DNA of 64,000 bases, taken from positions 238,742-302,741 of the forward strand of contig NIVC01001372.1 of the NCBI GenBank assembly GCA_002269645.1. Direction: 5' to 3'. Below, piece after piece: positions 13,691 through 27,692 of the stretch. Both the position numbers and the translations under genes were made by a program. Source of the stretch: Macrostomum lignano (lineage: Eukaryota). The notes beneath the pieces are model-generated. The model saw only the letters and a list, made by a program, of their open reading frames with translations. It had not been told where the DNA came from and did no database searches. How positions within the stretch are numbered: position 1 is the first letter of the stretch; each line of letters begins with the position of its first letter.

Positions 13691-14306
13691 TGGCTTTTTT
13701 TCAAAAAAATGAAAAAACAGAATGGTTATAATGTATCAAAAGAGGTCAATTTCGTGTCATAATTGACTTCGTAGGACAGGAGAATAAAGAGAGGCGCCTT
13801 ACGTATATCTCTCTCCAAATAGTAACTATAATTTGAGTACGAAAGAATATAGAGAAAAGATCTAGCCTAACCATCATCATTCAGTCACCTGTTGAGTGTT
13901 TTAAACAAACGGACAAAAAACCCGGCTCAGATGCGGCGCACTTCAAAGGGATGGCTATAACTGTATTGAAAAGCAAAAAAACTGTATCTAAGCCGTCCTG
14001 TGTGGGTAACCCTGCGTTGTGGACCTAAGTAAGCAATGCCTTAGTGACTGGGGCTGAGTCTAATGTAACATCACTCCAGCTCATCATCTATAGACGATGG
14101 CGCATAAGGTAGAGACGGAACAGTTTTCCAAACTCAGAACCTTTTTTCTAAGAATGAAAACCTCAGTAGTTTTGGAGGTACTCAGCTTATTCAGCTTACT
14201 CAGCTCACGCGACAATTGTAGGAAATGAATTCCTAAGGTCTGCTCTAAACTCATTGATTTGTTACGAGATGTGGTTGTGCTGGTGTACAAGCACTGTTTT
14301 AGCGAC

Positions 14307-15017
14307 TGAGAGGGTGTCAGTTTGGGATCTGAGAGGGTGTCATTTGGGATCTGAGAGGGTGTCATTCGGGGATCTGAGAGGGTGTCATTTGGGGATCTGA
14401 GAGGGTGTCATTTGGGATCTGAGAGGGTGTCATTCGGGGATCTGAGAGGGTGTCATTTGGGGATCTGAGAGGGTGTCATTTGGGATCTGAGAGGGTGTCA
14501 TTTGGGATCTGAGAGGGTGTCATTCGGGGATATGAGAGGGTGTCATTTGGGATCTGAGAGGGTGTCATTCGGGGATCTGAGAGGGTGTCATTTGGGATCT
14601 GAGAGGGTGTCATTTGGGATCTGAGAGGGTGTCATTCGGGGATCTGAGAGGGTGTCATTTGGGATCTGAGAGGGTGTCATTCGGGGATCTGAGAGGGTGT
14701 CATTTGGGGATCTGAGAGGGTGTCATTTGGGGATCTGAGAGGGTGTCATTTGGGGAGCTGAGAGGGTGTCATTTGGGGATCTGAGAGGGTGTCATTTGGG
14801 GAGCTGAGAGGGTGTCATTTGGGGAGCTGAGAGGGTGTCATTCGGGGATCTGAGTGTCATTTGGGATCTGAGAGGGTGTCATTCGGGGATCTGAGAGGGT
14901 GTCATTTGGGGAGCTGAGAGGGTGTCATTCGGGGATCTGAGTGTCATTTGGGATCTGAGAGGGTGTCATTTTGGGGATCTGAGAGGGTGTCATTCGGGGA
15001 TCTGAGAGGGTGTCATT
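14307..15017. repeat. 22-23 bp minisatellite (GAGAGGGTGTCATT[T/C]GGG(G)ATCT)
   Basis: About 31 tandem copies. Confidence 0.95.
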
Positions 15018-15525
15018 CATGTGTCTCAGAGGGTAGACACAAAAATTAGTGCTTTAATTTTGTGATTTTTAAAAGGCATTTTTAAGCATAAGCAATGTCC
15101 ACAATTGCCCTTAAACGACCCGCTCCGTTTTAAGTGGCTTCTTTCTATTAGTCACAGTTTTATATTCTGGTTGACTTCTGCTATTTTTTGCTTTACGGTG
15201 ACATGCAGATCTCTGTATGCGCCTGGATCTCTTGCCACTGTCTTTTCAAGAAGCATTGCTAGCTTTCAGATTTGCAGCAGAGCGAGCCTGTCATTCATTC
15301 CATGTGCTATGGAGATTTTCTTGGAATTCTGCCACCAGTAAAAGACGCGAAACCCGCGCAGGAGAGGGTCAAGAGAGGCAAGCAGTTTGATAGTGTGGCT
15401 GTAATCCGTAAATCCCCACTGCTCTCTGCCTTAGGGATTTGCAAATTCTTGTTTGTGAAAACATTGCTTTATTTTTTATGAATATCACTGTTCTTCTGGC
15501 AATTCTGTCTGCGTCTAGCTGTGTC

Positions 15526-16028
<503 letters not shown>

Positions 16029-17109
16029 GTAGCTAGGCTGTATTTTGGCAGTATTTTTTACATGTATTTTCTATTTAGTCTCCATCTTGATTCCATACTG
16101 GATCTCTTAAGCATTATTCTTAAAAGCAGTCTAGAGTTTCGTAGGCTTCGGTAAATCCCTTTACGTACACACGAATATGTTTTTTAAAACCTTTATTTAC
16201 CCTCCGCAAACACAGTCCCTCTCTACCGTTCGACCTCCTCCTGGTCGCTTCAGCGATCTGTGTTTTCAATTCCTTTCCAAACTTCCCGCATGCCAGCCTC
16301 ATCATCAACATTAGCATCAGCATCAGCAGAACCGGGCATCATCGCGGCGTCAGCAAGTTTAATAATAATAATAGTAATTATAAAAAGCTGAGTCATGCCT
16401 CACTGAAGTCATTATACAGTCTATAGATATGCCTGCTCCCCTATATTGGCTGGGCCGTCTTATCTCACGAATGAGAGCGAAACCAGGACCGCACAGCCTC
16501 TCATAATGCAAGACTGTTGACACGTATTACCCCATGGCCTCTCAGGCTCCGCACTCATCCCGCGCTTCTCCCAGCAGCTTGTCCAGAGACTTACTTAAGT
16601 CTACAAAAGCCCCCTCTTCTTGTGAAACTAACTCCACTCATACACACTCACACACACTTCCCTAAGGGTTGGGATTTGCAAATTTTACTAGCGAAAGGAG
16701 GAGAGAAGAGAGAGAAAAGAAGAGAGTGAGAGTGGACTGAAGTGGCTTGGCGGGCCTTGGGATGCTCATTTTAGCTTGGGCTTTGGGATGTGATGCAGAT
16801 TTTTTTCAGTTTCTTAATAGAACTGATCCGAAGCAGACAGAGACCTTTGTTATTCATTAATTCGCTATGCTGTTTTTAACCAACGAAAATTAAATTGCCC
16901 GAAGGGATTCTTCGCGTATTACATTGTTACGTAACTGTCCATTCATTCCGGTTCGGTTCGTAACATTAGCAGATCTTCGTAATCACTCTTTAATCAACTT
17001 GGAAACTTGTCAAAAATCTGTCCTATGGCAAAGCTGAGGGCCAACTACGAGAGGGTTCGGCGCGATCCGTGCTCTGTGTTCACCTTTCTATCGTTATCTC
17101 TGTTGTAAT

Positions 17110-17530
17110 CTCGATCTCTAGTCTCTATATCTATAGTTTATCTCTAGTCTCTAGTCTCTAGTCTCTATCTCTATCTCTATCTCTAGACTCTTTCTCTGTC
17201 TCTAGTCTCTAGACTCTAGTCTCTAGACCCTATCTCTATCCGATCTATTCTCCAGACTCTAATCACTAGACTCTAGTCTCTGTCTAGTCTCTATCTAATA
17301 TGCTAAAATTTTCTCAATCTATAGTCGCTAGTCTCTAGACTCTATCTATAGTCTCTAGACTCTAGTCTCTATCTCTTTCTCTAGTCTCTAGACTCTTTTT
17401 CTAGTCTCTAGACTCTAGTCTCTGTCTAGTCTCTATCTCGATATATAGTGTCTAGTCTCCAGACTCTATCTATAGTCTCTAGACTCTAATCTCTAATCTC
17501 TACTCGTAGACTCAAGTCTACATCTCTATA
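17110..17530. repeat. Degenerate (CTCTAGT/CTCTAGA/CTCTAT)n tract
   Basis: Mixed 6-7 bp units. Confidence 0.8.
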
Positions 17531-18039
17531 TCTCTTTTTTCTGTTTACCTCAATTTCTATTTTAATCTCTTTAAATCCTTGATCAGAGACTCCTGCTTCC
17601 TGCTCTAGCAACCTCTCAGCTTGCCAACTGTACAACTATTTAACAAAGGATCCACAAAGACAGCCATCTTCACCTTCCACAAAACGCCCAACTGCACCTC
17701 TTAGCCAGCTGTTAAAATAATTAAAAGCAAACAGAATGAGAGACACTGATCGATGGCTAGCAATGCTAGATCTCCTGACGTAAATCTTCCATTGACAATT
17801 GAATAGAAAACTGTTTGATTTAATGTCAAACATTTCCTGTGTGATAGGGTTCCCAGACCTAGTCGAGGCATGAGTCAAGGGGACGGATGGTCATTTTGAA
17901 TCGTAACATTTACATGATAATAAAACTGCAAACTCTATCTGCACTGGGTGCGAACTCAGATTGATTGCACCACAGCATTAGAAAATCTGCTCATCTTTTT
18001 AGGGATCATGGGGTATTGCTCATATTTCAAGGCTTATGG

Positions 18040-19415
18040 TGGTCAGAGGGTATGTATTGCTCAGATGATATGTCTCATAAGGTCACAGGGTGTTTATGAC
18101 TCAGATGACATAGCTCATGAGGTCAGAGGGTATGTATTGCTTAAGATGACATAGCTCATGAGGTCAGAGGGTATTTATTGCTTAGATGACATAGCTCATG
18201 AGGTCAGAGGGTATTTATTGCTTAAGATGACATAGCTCATGAGGTCAGAGGGTATTTATTGCTTAAGATGACATAGCTCATGAGGCCGGAGGGTATTTAT
18301 TGCCTAAGATGACATAGCTCATGAGGTCAGAGGGTATTTATTGCTTAAGATGACATAGCTCATGAGGTCAGAGGGTATGTATTGCTTAAGATGACATAGC
18401 TCATGAGGTCAGAGGGTATTTATTGCCTAAGATGACATAGCTCAAGAGGTCGGAGGGTATTTATTGCCTAAGATGACATAGCTCATGAGGTCGGAGGGTA
18501 TTTATTGCTTAAGATGACATAGCTCATGAGGTCAGAGGGTATTTATTGCTTAAGATGACATAGCTCATGAGGTCAGAGGGTATGTATTGCTTAGATGACA
18601 TAGCTCATGAGATCAGAGGGTATTTATTGCTTAGATGATATAGCTCATGAGGTCACAGGGTATTTATTGCTTAAGATGACATAGCTCATGAGGTCAGAGG
18701 GTATGTATTGCTTAGATGACATAGCTCATGAGGTCAGAGGGTATTTATTGCTTAAGATGACATAGCTCATGAGGTCAGAGGGTATTTATTGCTTAGATGA
18801 CATAGCTCATGAGGTCAGTGGGTATTTATTGCTTAGATGACATAGCTCATGAGGTCAGAGGGTATTTATTGCTTAGATGATATAGCTCATGAGGTCAGAG
18901 GGTATTTATTGCTTAGATGACATAGCTCATGAGGTCAGAGGGTATGTATTGCTTAAGATGACATAGCTCATGAGGTCAGAGGGTATTTATTGCTTAGATG
19001 ACATAGCTCATGAGGTCAGAGGGTATTTATTGCTTAGATGACATAGCTCATGAGGTCAGAGGGTATGTATTGCTTAGATGACATAGCTCATGAGGTCAGA
19101 GGGTATGTATTGCTTAGATGACATAGCTCATGAGGTCAGAGGGTATTTATTGCTTAGATGACATAGCTCATGAGGTCAGAGGGTATTTATTGCTTAGATG
19201 ACATAGCTCATGAGATCAGAGGGTATTTATTGCTTAGATGATATAGCTCATGAGGTCACAGGGTATTTATTGCTTAGATGACATTGCTCATGAGGTCAGA
19301 GGGTATTTATTGCTTAGATGACATAGCTCATGAGGTCACAGGGTATTTATTGCTTAGATGATATGTCTCATAAGGTCACAGGTTATTTATTGCTCAGATT
19401 TCAAAGCTCATGAGG
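18040..19415. repeat. 40-41 bp minisatellite (GCTCATGAGGTCAGAGGGTATTTATTGCTT(A)AGATGACATA)
   Basis: About 33 copies; 1-bp length polymorphism. Confidence 0.96.
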
Positions 19416-19930
19416 TCAAATGGTATTATTTTGTCAGCTGCCAATGCTCATATAGTCATCAAGCATTTCAACTCCAAATTCAACTGCATACAGATGTCCA
19501 TGCAAAGCAGTCACTGGCAACTTGGCCTAGGTAGTCTTACGTAACACCTTACTGTTTCTACTAGACACCAGCAGGCTCCTATACCATCCCTCTCTCGCGT
19601 GATGCGACCCCACTACATGCATAGCCGCGCGCATTTCAATAAAAGAGTTTAAAAATCTACGAAAACAGTGTCTCAACTGACTGAAAAAAGGAGCTAAATT
19701 CTGCTTGTACCAGCCACTACAGTCCATACACACACTCACACACTCACTTTCTCTGGCTTGGCAATTTCTTTTTCACTTTTTTTTTACTGACGCACGCAAT
19801 AAAGGCTTCCCCTCCACTCTGTCTTCTTCTTTGGAGCAGAAGAGAGAAAATGCAGAGACAGAGTATTGAGAAGTTGGCGTGTTGTGACACTGTGACCCTG
19901 GAAATAGCCAGGGGGACTCAAACTTCAAAG

Positions 19931-20038
19931 CTATTCCGCATTTAATAATAACAGGAGCAGAAGGACAGCCACCAGACCAGAGGCTCGATCAGCAGTCACG
20001 ACGGGGGGGGGGGTTGGTGTTCGGACAATGTCTGTCTT
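19931..20038 (-). CDS. Ig/GPI gene, terminal exon (hydrophobic GPI-signal-like tail)
   Basis: Acceptor CTCTTCTTCTAG; encodes ...VVTADRASGLVAVLLLLLLLNAE-stop (TAG 19933-19931). It joins the Ig exon in phase only if the G11 run (20003-20013) is G10. Confidence 0.5.
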   Translation of the reverse strand, partial: KTDIVRTPTPPPVVTADRASGLVAVLLLLLLLNAE

Positions 20039-20422
20039 CTAGAAGAAGAGCCTGTTAAGAACTTTCGGTTTTGTCTAGATGCCACTCGTCCAAGCTCTCA
20101 AAGAGATCCAAGTTAACAAATAAAAAAACTGCGCTACGATACAGAAACAATAGCAAAGCAGCTGTATCATTTTTGTTAATCTGCGTATTTTACGTGACGT
20201 ATTTAAAAAAACGAACGTATAGCTTGATTATGTAATACGTGTAAGAAGTAAGCACTTCACTATAAGTTTTTATTACCATCAGCATTAATTAATTACATAT
20301 ATATTTGAAATAAAGTGATTTTTTTCTTTAATTAGTTGTTACTTTACATTAGGCATTCGAAACTAATTGCATACTCAGAGACAAGGGAGAGACAGAGTGA
20401 GACTAACAGGTGATACAGAAGA

Positions 20423-21208
20423 GACAGACAATAAACAGACAAGAGGCAGGCAAGAGACAGGCAAGAGACAGGCAAGAGTCAGGCAAGAGACAGGCAAGAG
20501 ACAGCCAAGAGACAGACAAGAGACAGGCAAGAGACAGGCAAGAGACAGACAAGAGACAGGCAAGAGACAGACAAGAGACAGACAAGAGACAGACAAGAGA
20601 CAGACAAGAGACAGACAAGAGACAGACAAGATACAGGCAAGAGATAGGCAAGAGACAGACAAAAGACAGGCAAGAGACAGACAAGAGACAGACAAGAGAC
20701 AGACAAGAGACAGACAAGAGACAGCCAAGAGACAGACAAGAGACAGGCAAGAGACAGGCAAGAGACAGCCAAGAGACAGACAAGAGACAGGCAAGAGACA
20801 GACAAGAGACAGACAAGAGACAGACAAGAGACAGGCAAGAGACAGACAAGAGACAGACAAGAGACAGACAAGAGACAGACAAGAGACAGACAAGAGACAG
20901 ACAAGAGACAGACAAGAGACAGACAAGAGACAGACAAGATACAGGCAAGAGATAGGCAAGAGACAGACAAAAGACAGGCAAGAGACAGACAAGAGACAGA
21001 CAAGAGACAGACAAGAGACAGACAAGAGACAGACAAGAGACAGACAAGAGACAGACAAGAGACAGACAAGATACAGGCAAGAGATAGGCAAGAGACAGAC
21101 AAAAGACAGGCAAGAGACAGCCAAGAGACAGGCAAGAGACAGGCAAGAGACAGCCAAGAGACAGACAAGAGACAGGCAAGAGACAGGCAAGAGACAGGCA
21201 AGAGACAG
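20423..21208. repeat. 11-bp minisatellite (CAAGAGACAG[G/A])
   Basis: About 70 copies; source of the RQETDK-type artefact ORFs. Confidence 0.95.
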
Positions 21209-21352
21209 GGAAGATTTCATGGAAGTAGAAAAACAGACCTGAAACCCATATGAGAGCTCTCTGTATCAGATATTCGTTTCTCTGCATGGCCAATCCAGAC
21301 CCTCTCTGCCCCTAGCAACCGAGCCCTGCAATCATTTCGAATCGCAACTCAC

Positions 21353-21702
21353 CAACTACGTACAGCCGGATCCCGGCTCTGGCCACATCCAAGTCATCCA
21401 TGCCCTCGCATTCAAAGTAGCCGTCCTGTCGCCTAACAACGCCTGAAATTTGCAGCGATCCGTTGGCGCCGCCCCCGACGTTGGTCCAATTGGCGAAGCC
21501 TTCGCCCAAGTTGCACCGGCCAGAGCGTGATAGCACTGAGCTAGGGTGGCCCGATCGCTGGCGCCTGGGAAGCTGGAATAGTACCACAGCACGTACAGCG
21601 GGCTGCGAGAGAACTCGCAGCGAAGCTGATGGCTGGATAGCTCGGCTGCGTACACTGTCGGCTGATCGACTGTCACCAATATGCGGCTGTCGCTTGCCGA
21701 TG
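21353..21702 (-). CDS. Ig/GPI gene, immunoglobulin V-type domain exon (apparent 1-nt frameshift)
   Basis: Acceptor CCCCCATTGCAG, donor G|GTGAGT. Frame 1 gives SRILVTVDQPTVYAAELSSHQLRCEFSRSPLYVLWYY (B-strand Cys and core Trp); frame 2 gives NGSLQISGVVRRQDGYFECEGMDDLDVARAGIRLYVV (E/F/G strands). The exon is 350 nt, one short of the 351 needed for a phase 1-1 exon. Confidence 0.7.
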
Positions 21703-21771
21703 CTGCAATGGGGGTTGAGGGATCGGGCTGGACGATTGACTGGATGGATGAGAAAGAAATAGTAGGACTAA

Positions 21772-22292
<521 letters not shown>

Positions 22293-22889
22293 CACACAAG
22301 CAAGCTGTCAAGGATGCCACGATGAAGCATCCCAACAGTAATTAACGGAACTGCCAGCTTCTTCTATTACATAACCGCGGCGGTTCCCTCCCCCAGTTAG
22401 TTGCTGACTCGGTATTGCATGTCCAACAGTGCAGGAACTGGCCGGCGGTCAGAGGCATGCGTGCATATAATGTTATATCGGAGAAAGACTCCACAGAAGA
22501 CGATGCACGAGGTCAGCCATCCCGGTGGCTGGGGTTTGGGGTGGGGAGTGGAATGCGATTAATCGGCCCCGTAGGACGAGTTCTGGGTGAAATCGGGCGG
22601 CAAAATTCCCATGATGATGAAGAGAGACTGGGCGGTGGACGACTGGGACTTTCTGTCTTGAGGCTTGGATAGCAATTGTCGATTTGGGAGGGGGGGGGTT
22701 CCGAGACTTCAGCGAGCTCATTAGCTGAAGGATGAAGGCCTGCGCACCAGGGGCGGTCACAGCATTGATTTAGGTTAATCCCAGTGATTCGAGAATCAAT
22801 TTAATGCAGCTTCAAGTGGCTCAGACAAGAAGACAAAAGATTTTTTTTTCTTTTTTAAAATTTCTTTTGAAATCTTCCTCTGATGTACC

Positions 22890-23260
22890 GTCCCCGCTAC
22901 CCCTCCTCCTTCCCCGTGTCCCTCAAGGTCGCTTTCGCTACCCCCCTCCTTCCCCATGTCCTTTAAGGTCACACCGCTACCCCTCCTCCTTCCCCGTGTC
23001 CCTCAAGGTCGCCTTCGCTACCCCCCTCCTTCCCCATGTCCTTTAAGGTCACCCCGCTACCCCTCCTCCTTCCCCGTGTCCCTCAAGGTCGCCTTCGCTA
23101 CCCCCCTCCTTCCCCATGTCCTTTAAGGTCACCCCGCTACCTCTCCTCCTTCCCCGTGTCCCTCAAGGTCGCCCTCGCTACCTCATCCTCTTTCCTCGTG
23201 TCCTTCAAGGTCACCCCGCTACCCATCCTCCTTCTCCGTGTCCTTCAAGGTCGCCATCGC
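22890..23260. repeat. ~40-bp pyrimidine-rich minisatellite arranged as 80-bp (41+39) dimers
   Basis: The CGCTAC anchor recurs at 22895, 22936, 22975, 23016 and 23055. Confidence 0.88.
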
Positions 23261-24096
23261 TATCTAGCCACCGCTTCTTCATATATATATATTAGCAAAA
23301 CTGCACTCTTTGTTTTACGTCTTTGTTATTCAGCTTGCCGAACCAATCTATCTCTTTCAAATACATTCCATCTTTTCTATATCAAGGACAAAAAACTGTC
23401 ACAAATTGTCCCAAATCATGGATGCGCTAAACCCTACCAGCCCGAGAAATTCAGTTAATCCGCTGCTAAAATATATTGGTGAGTTTCGTTGAATCCGCGG
23501 TACAAAATCTAGGTCAAAGATTCTGAGTAAAACTTTGAAAAAAACTTGCTATTCGAAAATGCATTTCATATTTCCAAGTTAGCAGCAGCGCATGACTTGG
23601 CAAAACTAACCTTAGTAATTTAAAAAAACGCGAAATCATTCTTGTTAGTTAGCTGGAAAAATTGGGAAGAAAATCAAAACCGCAAAGTCAGCCAGTCGCC
23701 TCAGTTCCGGACTGAAACTTTCTTTCGATGCATTTTTTGCGACTTCTACTTTTCAGTGTGGTCTGCGTTGGCCCTCTAAGCTTTTCTAAAAAAGAAACCA
23801 GGGCCAAAATCTAAAAGAATCTTGTAGAAAATGAATAGCAGATTAACAAATCTTGAATTAAAATATGACTACAGAACCATTTTTAAGTCGACAATGGTAA
23901 ATTGTAAAAAAATGATCAGGAAAAGATCCGGCATGACCTCGGAGTCAGTTTAATTTTTTTTGCAATTCTTGCGCGAGATCCATCCAGAATTTCCCCGGCA
24001 AGGAAATTAAAACTGGATAGGGGTACTAAAGAAGCATGCAGAGAAAGACGCTTCGGTTTACAACCTTTTAATTTCCATGCTGTGAGATACATACTC

Positions 24097-24802
<706 letters not shown>

Positions 24803-24812
24803 AATCTCTCAC

Positions 24813-24861
24813 CTCCAATGTGAAACTCCAGTATCCAGATGAGGCAGAACAGCAGAAGCAT
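24813..24861 (-). CDS. Ig/GPI gene, exon 1 (signal peptide)
   Basis: ATG at 24861 encodes MLLLFCLIWILEFHIG, then G|GTGAGA donor; 49 nt, so phase 1, matching the Ig exon acceptor. Confidence 0.65.
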
Positions 24862-25395
24862 TGTTGCCAGTTCTGGTGCAAAAGTCCGCTGTCAACAGCT
24901 GCTTAGATCAGTAGACTTCCAGCTCTCTCACAGATTCTTCGTAGTTCGCAGGTAATCCGCTCGTTGGTGAAACTTTTTCATGTCTTTTTCAACTAAGTAA
25001 ACATCGCTGGATGAACCTGTTTTTTGTTATTTTAAGAAAGATTTATATTTAAAAAACGAGTTTCTCCACTGATTTACTATATTTTCCGCAGTTCGCTGCA
25101 CCATGGCATTTGAGTGCAGGTTTGCAATGGTGAGCTATATAGCTTAGAGGCCAGCTATGCATTGGCGCACGGCTGCCATTGGCTGAACCGAAGTGCAGAC
25201 GGACAGCCAATCCGCTAAAGCAGGTCGCACGCCCTTGCTTAGTCACTACGGAGGACTGTCGCTGTTTTATTCTTACTTTACTGTTAAAATCTTCGTTTTG
25301 AGTGAATTTTAGATTGAGAAACCGTCTTCTCATTTGTTGAGAATCTGCACCCTCTAGAATTCCACTCTCAAGAGTCTTGAAGACTGTCATTCATG

Positions 25396-26085
25396 AGAAT
25401 TCCACACCCTTGAGAAGCTCACCCTTGGGAATCTCACCATTGAGAATTTTACCTTTGAGAATCTCACCTTTGAGAATCTCACCTTTGAGAATCTCACCCT
25501 TGGAAATCTCACCCTTGAGAATCTCACCTTTGAGAATTTTACATTTGAGAATTCAAACATTGAGAATCTTACCTTTGAGAATCTCACCCTTGGAAATCTC
25601 ACCCTTGAGAATCTCACCGTTGAGAATCTTACCTTTGAGAATCTCACCTTTGAGAATTTTATTTGAGAATTCAAACATTGAGAATCTTAGCTTTGAGAAT
25701 CTTACCTTTGAGAATTTTACCCTTGAGAATCTCACCTTTGAGAATCTCAGCTTTGAGAATCTTACCTTTGAGAATCTCACCTTTGAGAATCTCAGCTTTG
25801 AGAATCTTACCTTTGAGAATCTCACCTTTGAGAATCTCAGCTTTGAGAATCTCACCTTTGAGAATCTTACCTCTGAGAATCTCACCTCTGAGAATCTTAC
25901 ATTTAAGAATCTCACCCTTGAGAATCTTAGCTTTGAGAATCTTACCTTTGAGAATCTCACCTTTGAGAATCTTACCTTTGAGAATCTCACCCTTGGAAAT
26001 CTCCCCCTTGAGAATCTCGCCTTGAGAATTCTAAACCCCTGAAAATTCCACCTTTGAGAGCTTTAACTTGAGAATCGCACCCTTA
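25396..26085. repeat. 15-bp minisatellite (TTGAGAATCT[C/T]ACCT)
   Basis: 5-aa periodic translation (ENLTF / LRISP); about 43 copies. Confidence 0.94.
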
Positions 26086-26642
26086 GATATTTCAACAATG
26101 GAGATCTATTGTACTCGTAGCATTGAGATCTCATTGTTTAATGAACCCTTGAGAAGATTACGCCTGAGAATAATGAGGTGTAGAAAAAAATTTCCTGCAG
26201 AAGAATTTTGAGCGTAAAAGTCTATAGTACCTTTATAAATATTATCGGGAAAAATCTCACATATTAATGATGACTCTCACAATCACAATAATAAAATTCA
26301 GAACTCTTCATCAATCAGCCATGCTGAAAACAAAAAATAAGCGAATGATTTTTAGTTGCCAAGAACGGATTGAAGAAGCTTTGGCCAAAGACGTAATTCG
26401 ATAGCTCCTCTCTTACTCAGTGACGGCAATTCGGGGAGGGGAGCACTAAGCATCGGACCATAGACGAAGCTGCTGAGGTACAGGATGATCTGCTCTCGGA
26501 CCGCGCAAGTTAAGGCAAGGCGGCTCGAGACATGCGAGACAAAGCAGAGAACAAGACAGCTCGCTAATTCGACCAACCACGAAAGCAAGTCCGGAAAGTA
26601 CTTCTGTGAAAGCAGCGTTCTCGAAACGGACAATCGCAAACT

Positions 26643-27600
26643 ATGAGTCACAACAGCAGAGAGGCGCGGGACACTCCGGTGACCCTCGCCACAGCGACTG
26701 TCCAAAGCCTGGACACAAAGACCGAGTCTCGATTGAAGTCTGAATCGCTGTTTAAGAATGTGCGAACTAAGAGCAACTCGCGGACTAAGACTGATTCGCA
26801 GACGAAAACGGTTGAATCTCGAACAAAGATTGATTCCAAGAGCAAGGAAAAGACCAATAGTAAGACAGACTCTCAGAGCAAGCCAGAGGCTTTCGTATCC
26901 GACTACGCGAACCAGGTCGAGGACGAACCAACAAAAAAGTCTGATTCGAAGTCGAAAACTAAGACCGAGTCCAAGACGAAATCTGAGTCGGCAAACAAGG
27001 TGGAAACCGCCGCAGGAAAAGCCGCCACTAAGACGTCGACCACCCACTCAAGGAGCAAGTCAAAGTCTGACTCTGGCAGCAAGGAGGATGTCGGCGGGAC
27101 GGCCAACAGGCCCGGTAACGCCTCGGAGCTAAGCAACCAGGCAGATCACACGGGAACTTCGGCTGAGCAGCAGCAGGAAGCAACCGAAGTCCAGCAACCG
27201 ACTGAAGTGCCACAGGGCCGCACCAACAAGACCGAAACTACCAGTAAGCCGGAGTCTTCTAACAATGTCGAGGTCACCGGCTTCGGTAGCGGAGGCCGCC
27301 GCGAGAGCGCAACCGCCAGTGCAGTCGGCACGGGACTTCGCCGGGTCAGCGCCAGCAGCAGCGCCGCTTTGGACGCTCGACGCGGCAGTGCCGGAAACTC
27401 ACGCCGAAGCAGCGCCGAGCTGGCGGCCGAGAATCCGGAGAGCAGCCACAACCAGGAGTCGCCAGCTTCTGCCACAGAGAAGCCGAATGACCAGTCGGCA
27501 CCGGAGGAGGCCAATCCTGAACAGCAGGGCGTACCGACAGCCTCGCCAGAGTCTGCCGGAGCCACTTCGGAAACAAAATCGCCTATGAAGAAGACTAGTC
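26643..27600 (+). CDS. TTLL10-like tubulin-tyrosine ligase family protein, exon 1 (Ser/Thr/Lys-rich low-complexity N-terminus)
   Basis: ATG 26643 with an in-frame upstream stop at 26607; C|GTAAGT donor at 27601 (phase 1) joins in frame to the TTL-domain exon. The true start codon is not certain. Confidence 0.7.
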
Positions 27601-27692
27601 GTAAGTTATCCTGCTCTCTATCTAGCTTAATCTTATTTTCCAATGAATTCTCTTTCACAACCATGCAACGCAACTCTGCTTAATTCTCACAG

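Noticed and set aside
14084-14290. Possible LINE reverse-transcriptase C-terminal remnant (LNKLSTSKTTEVFILRKK, minus strand)
   Set aside because: Only a weak resemblance to the LN..KT motif; no YADD or other core motif; needs tBLASTn.
15100-15520. Coding-like minus-strand stretch (YRDLHVTVKQKIAEVNQN), perhaps a LINE ORF2 fragment
   Set aside because: Multiple stops and no diagnostic motif; cannot be assigned.
22415-22760. GC-rich ORFs within Ig gene intron 1 as extra exons
   Set aside because: No convincing donor and acceptor pair or Ig motifs; the signal-peptide exon at 24813-24861 already joins in phase.
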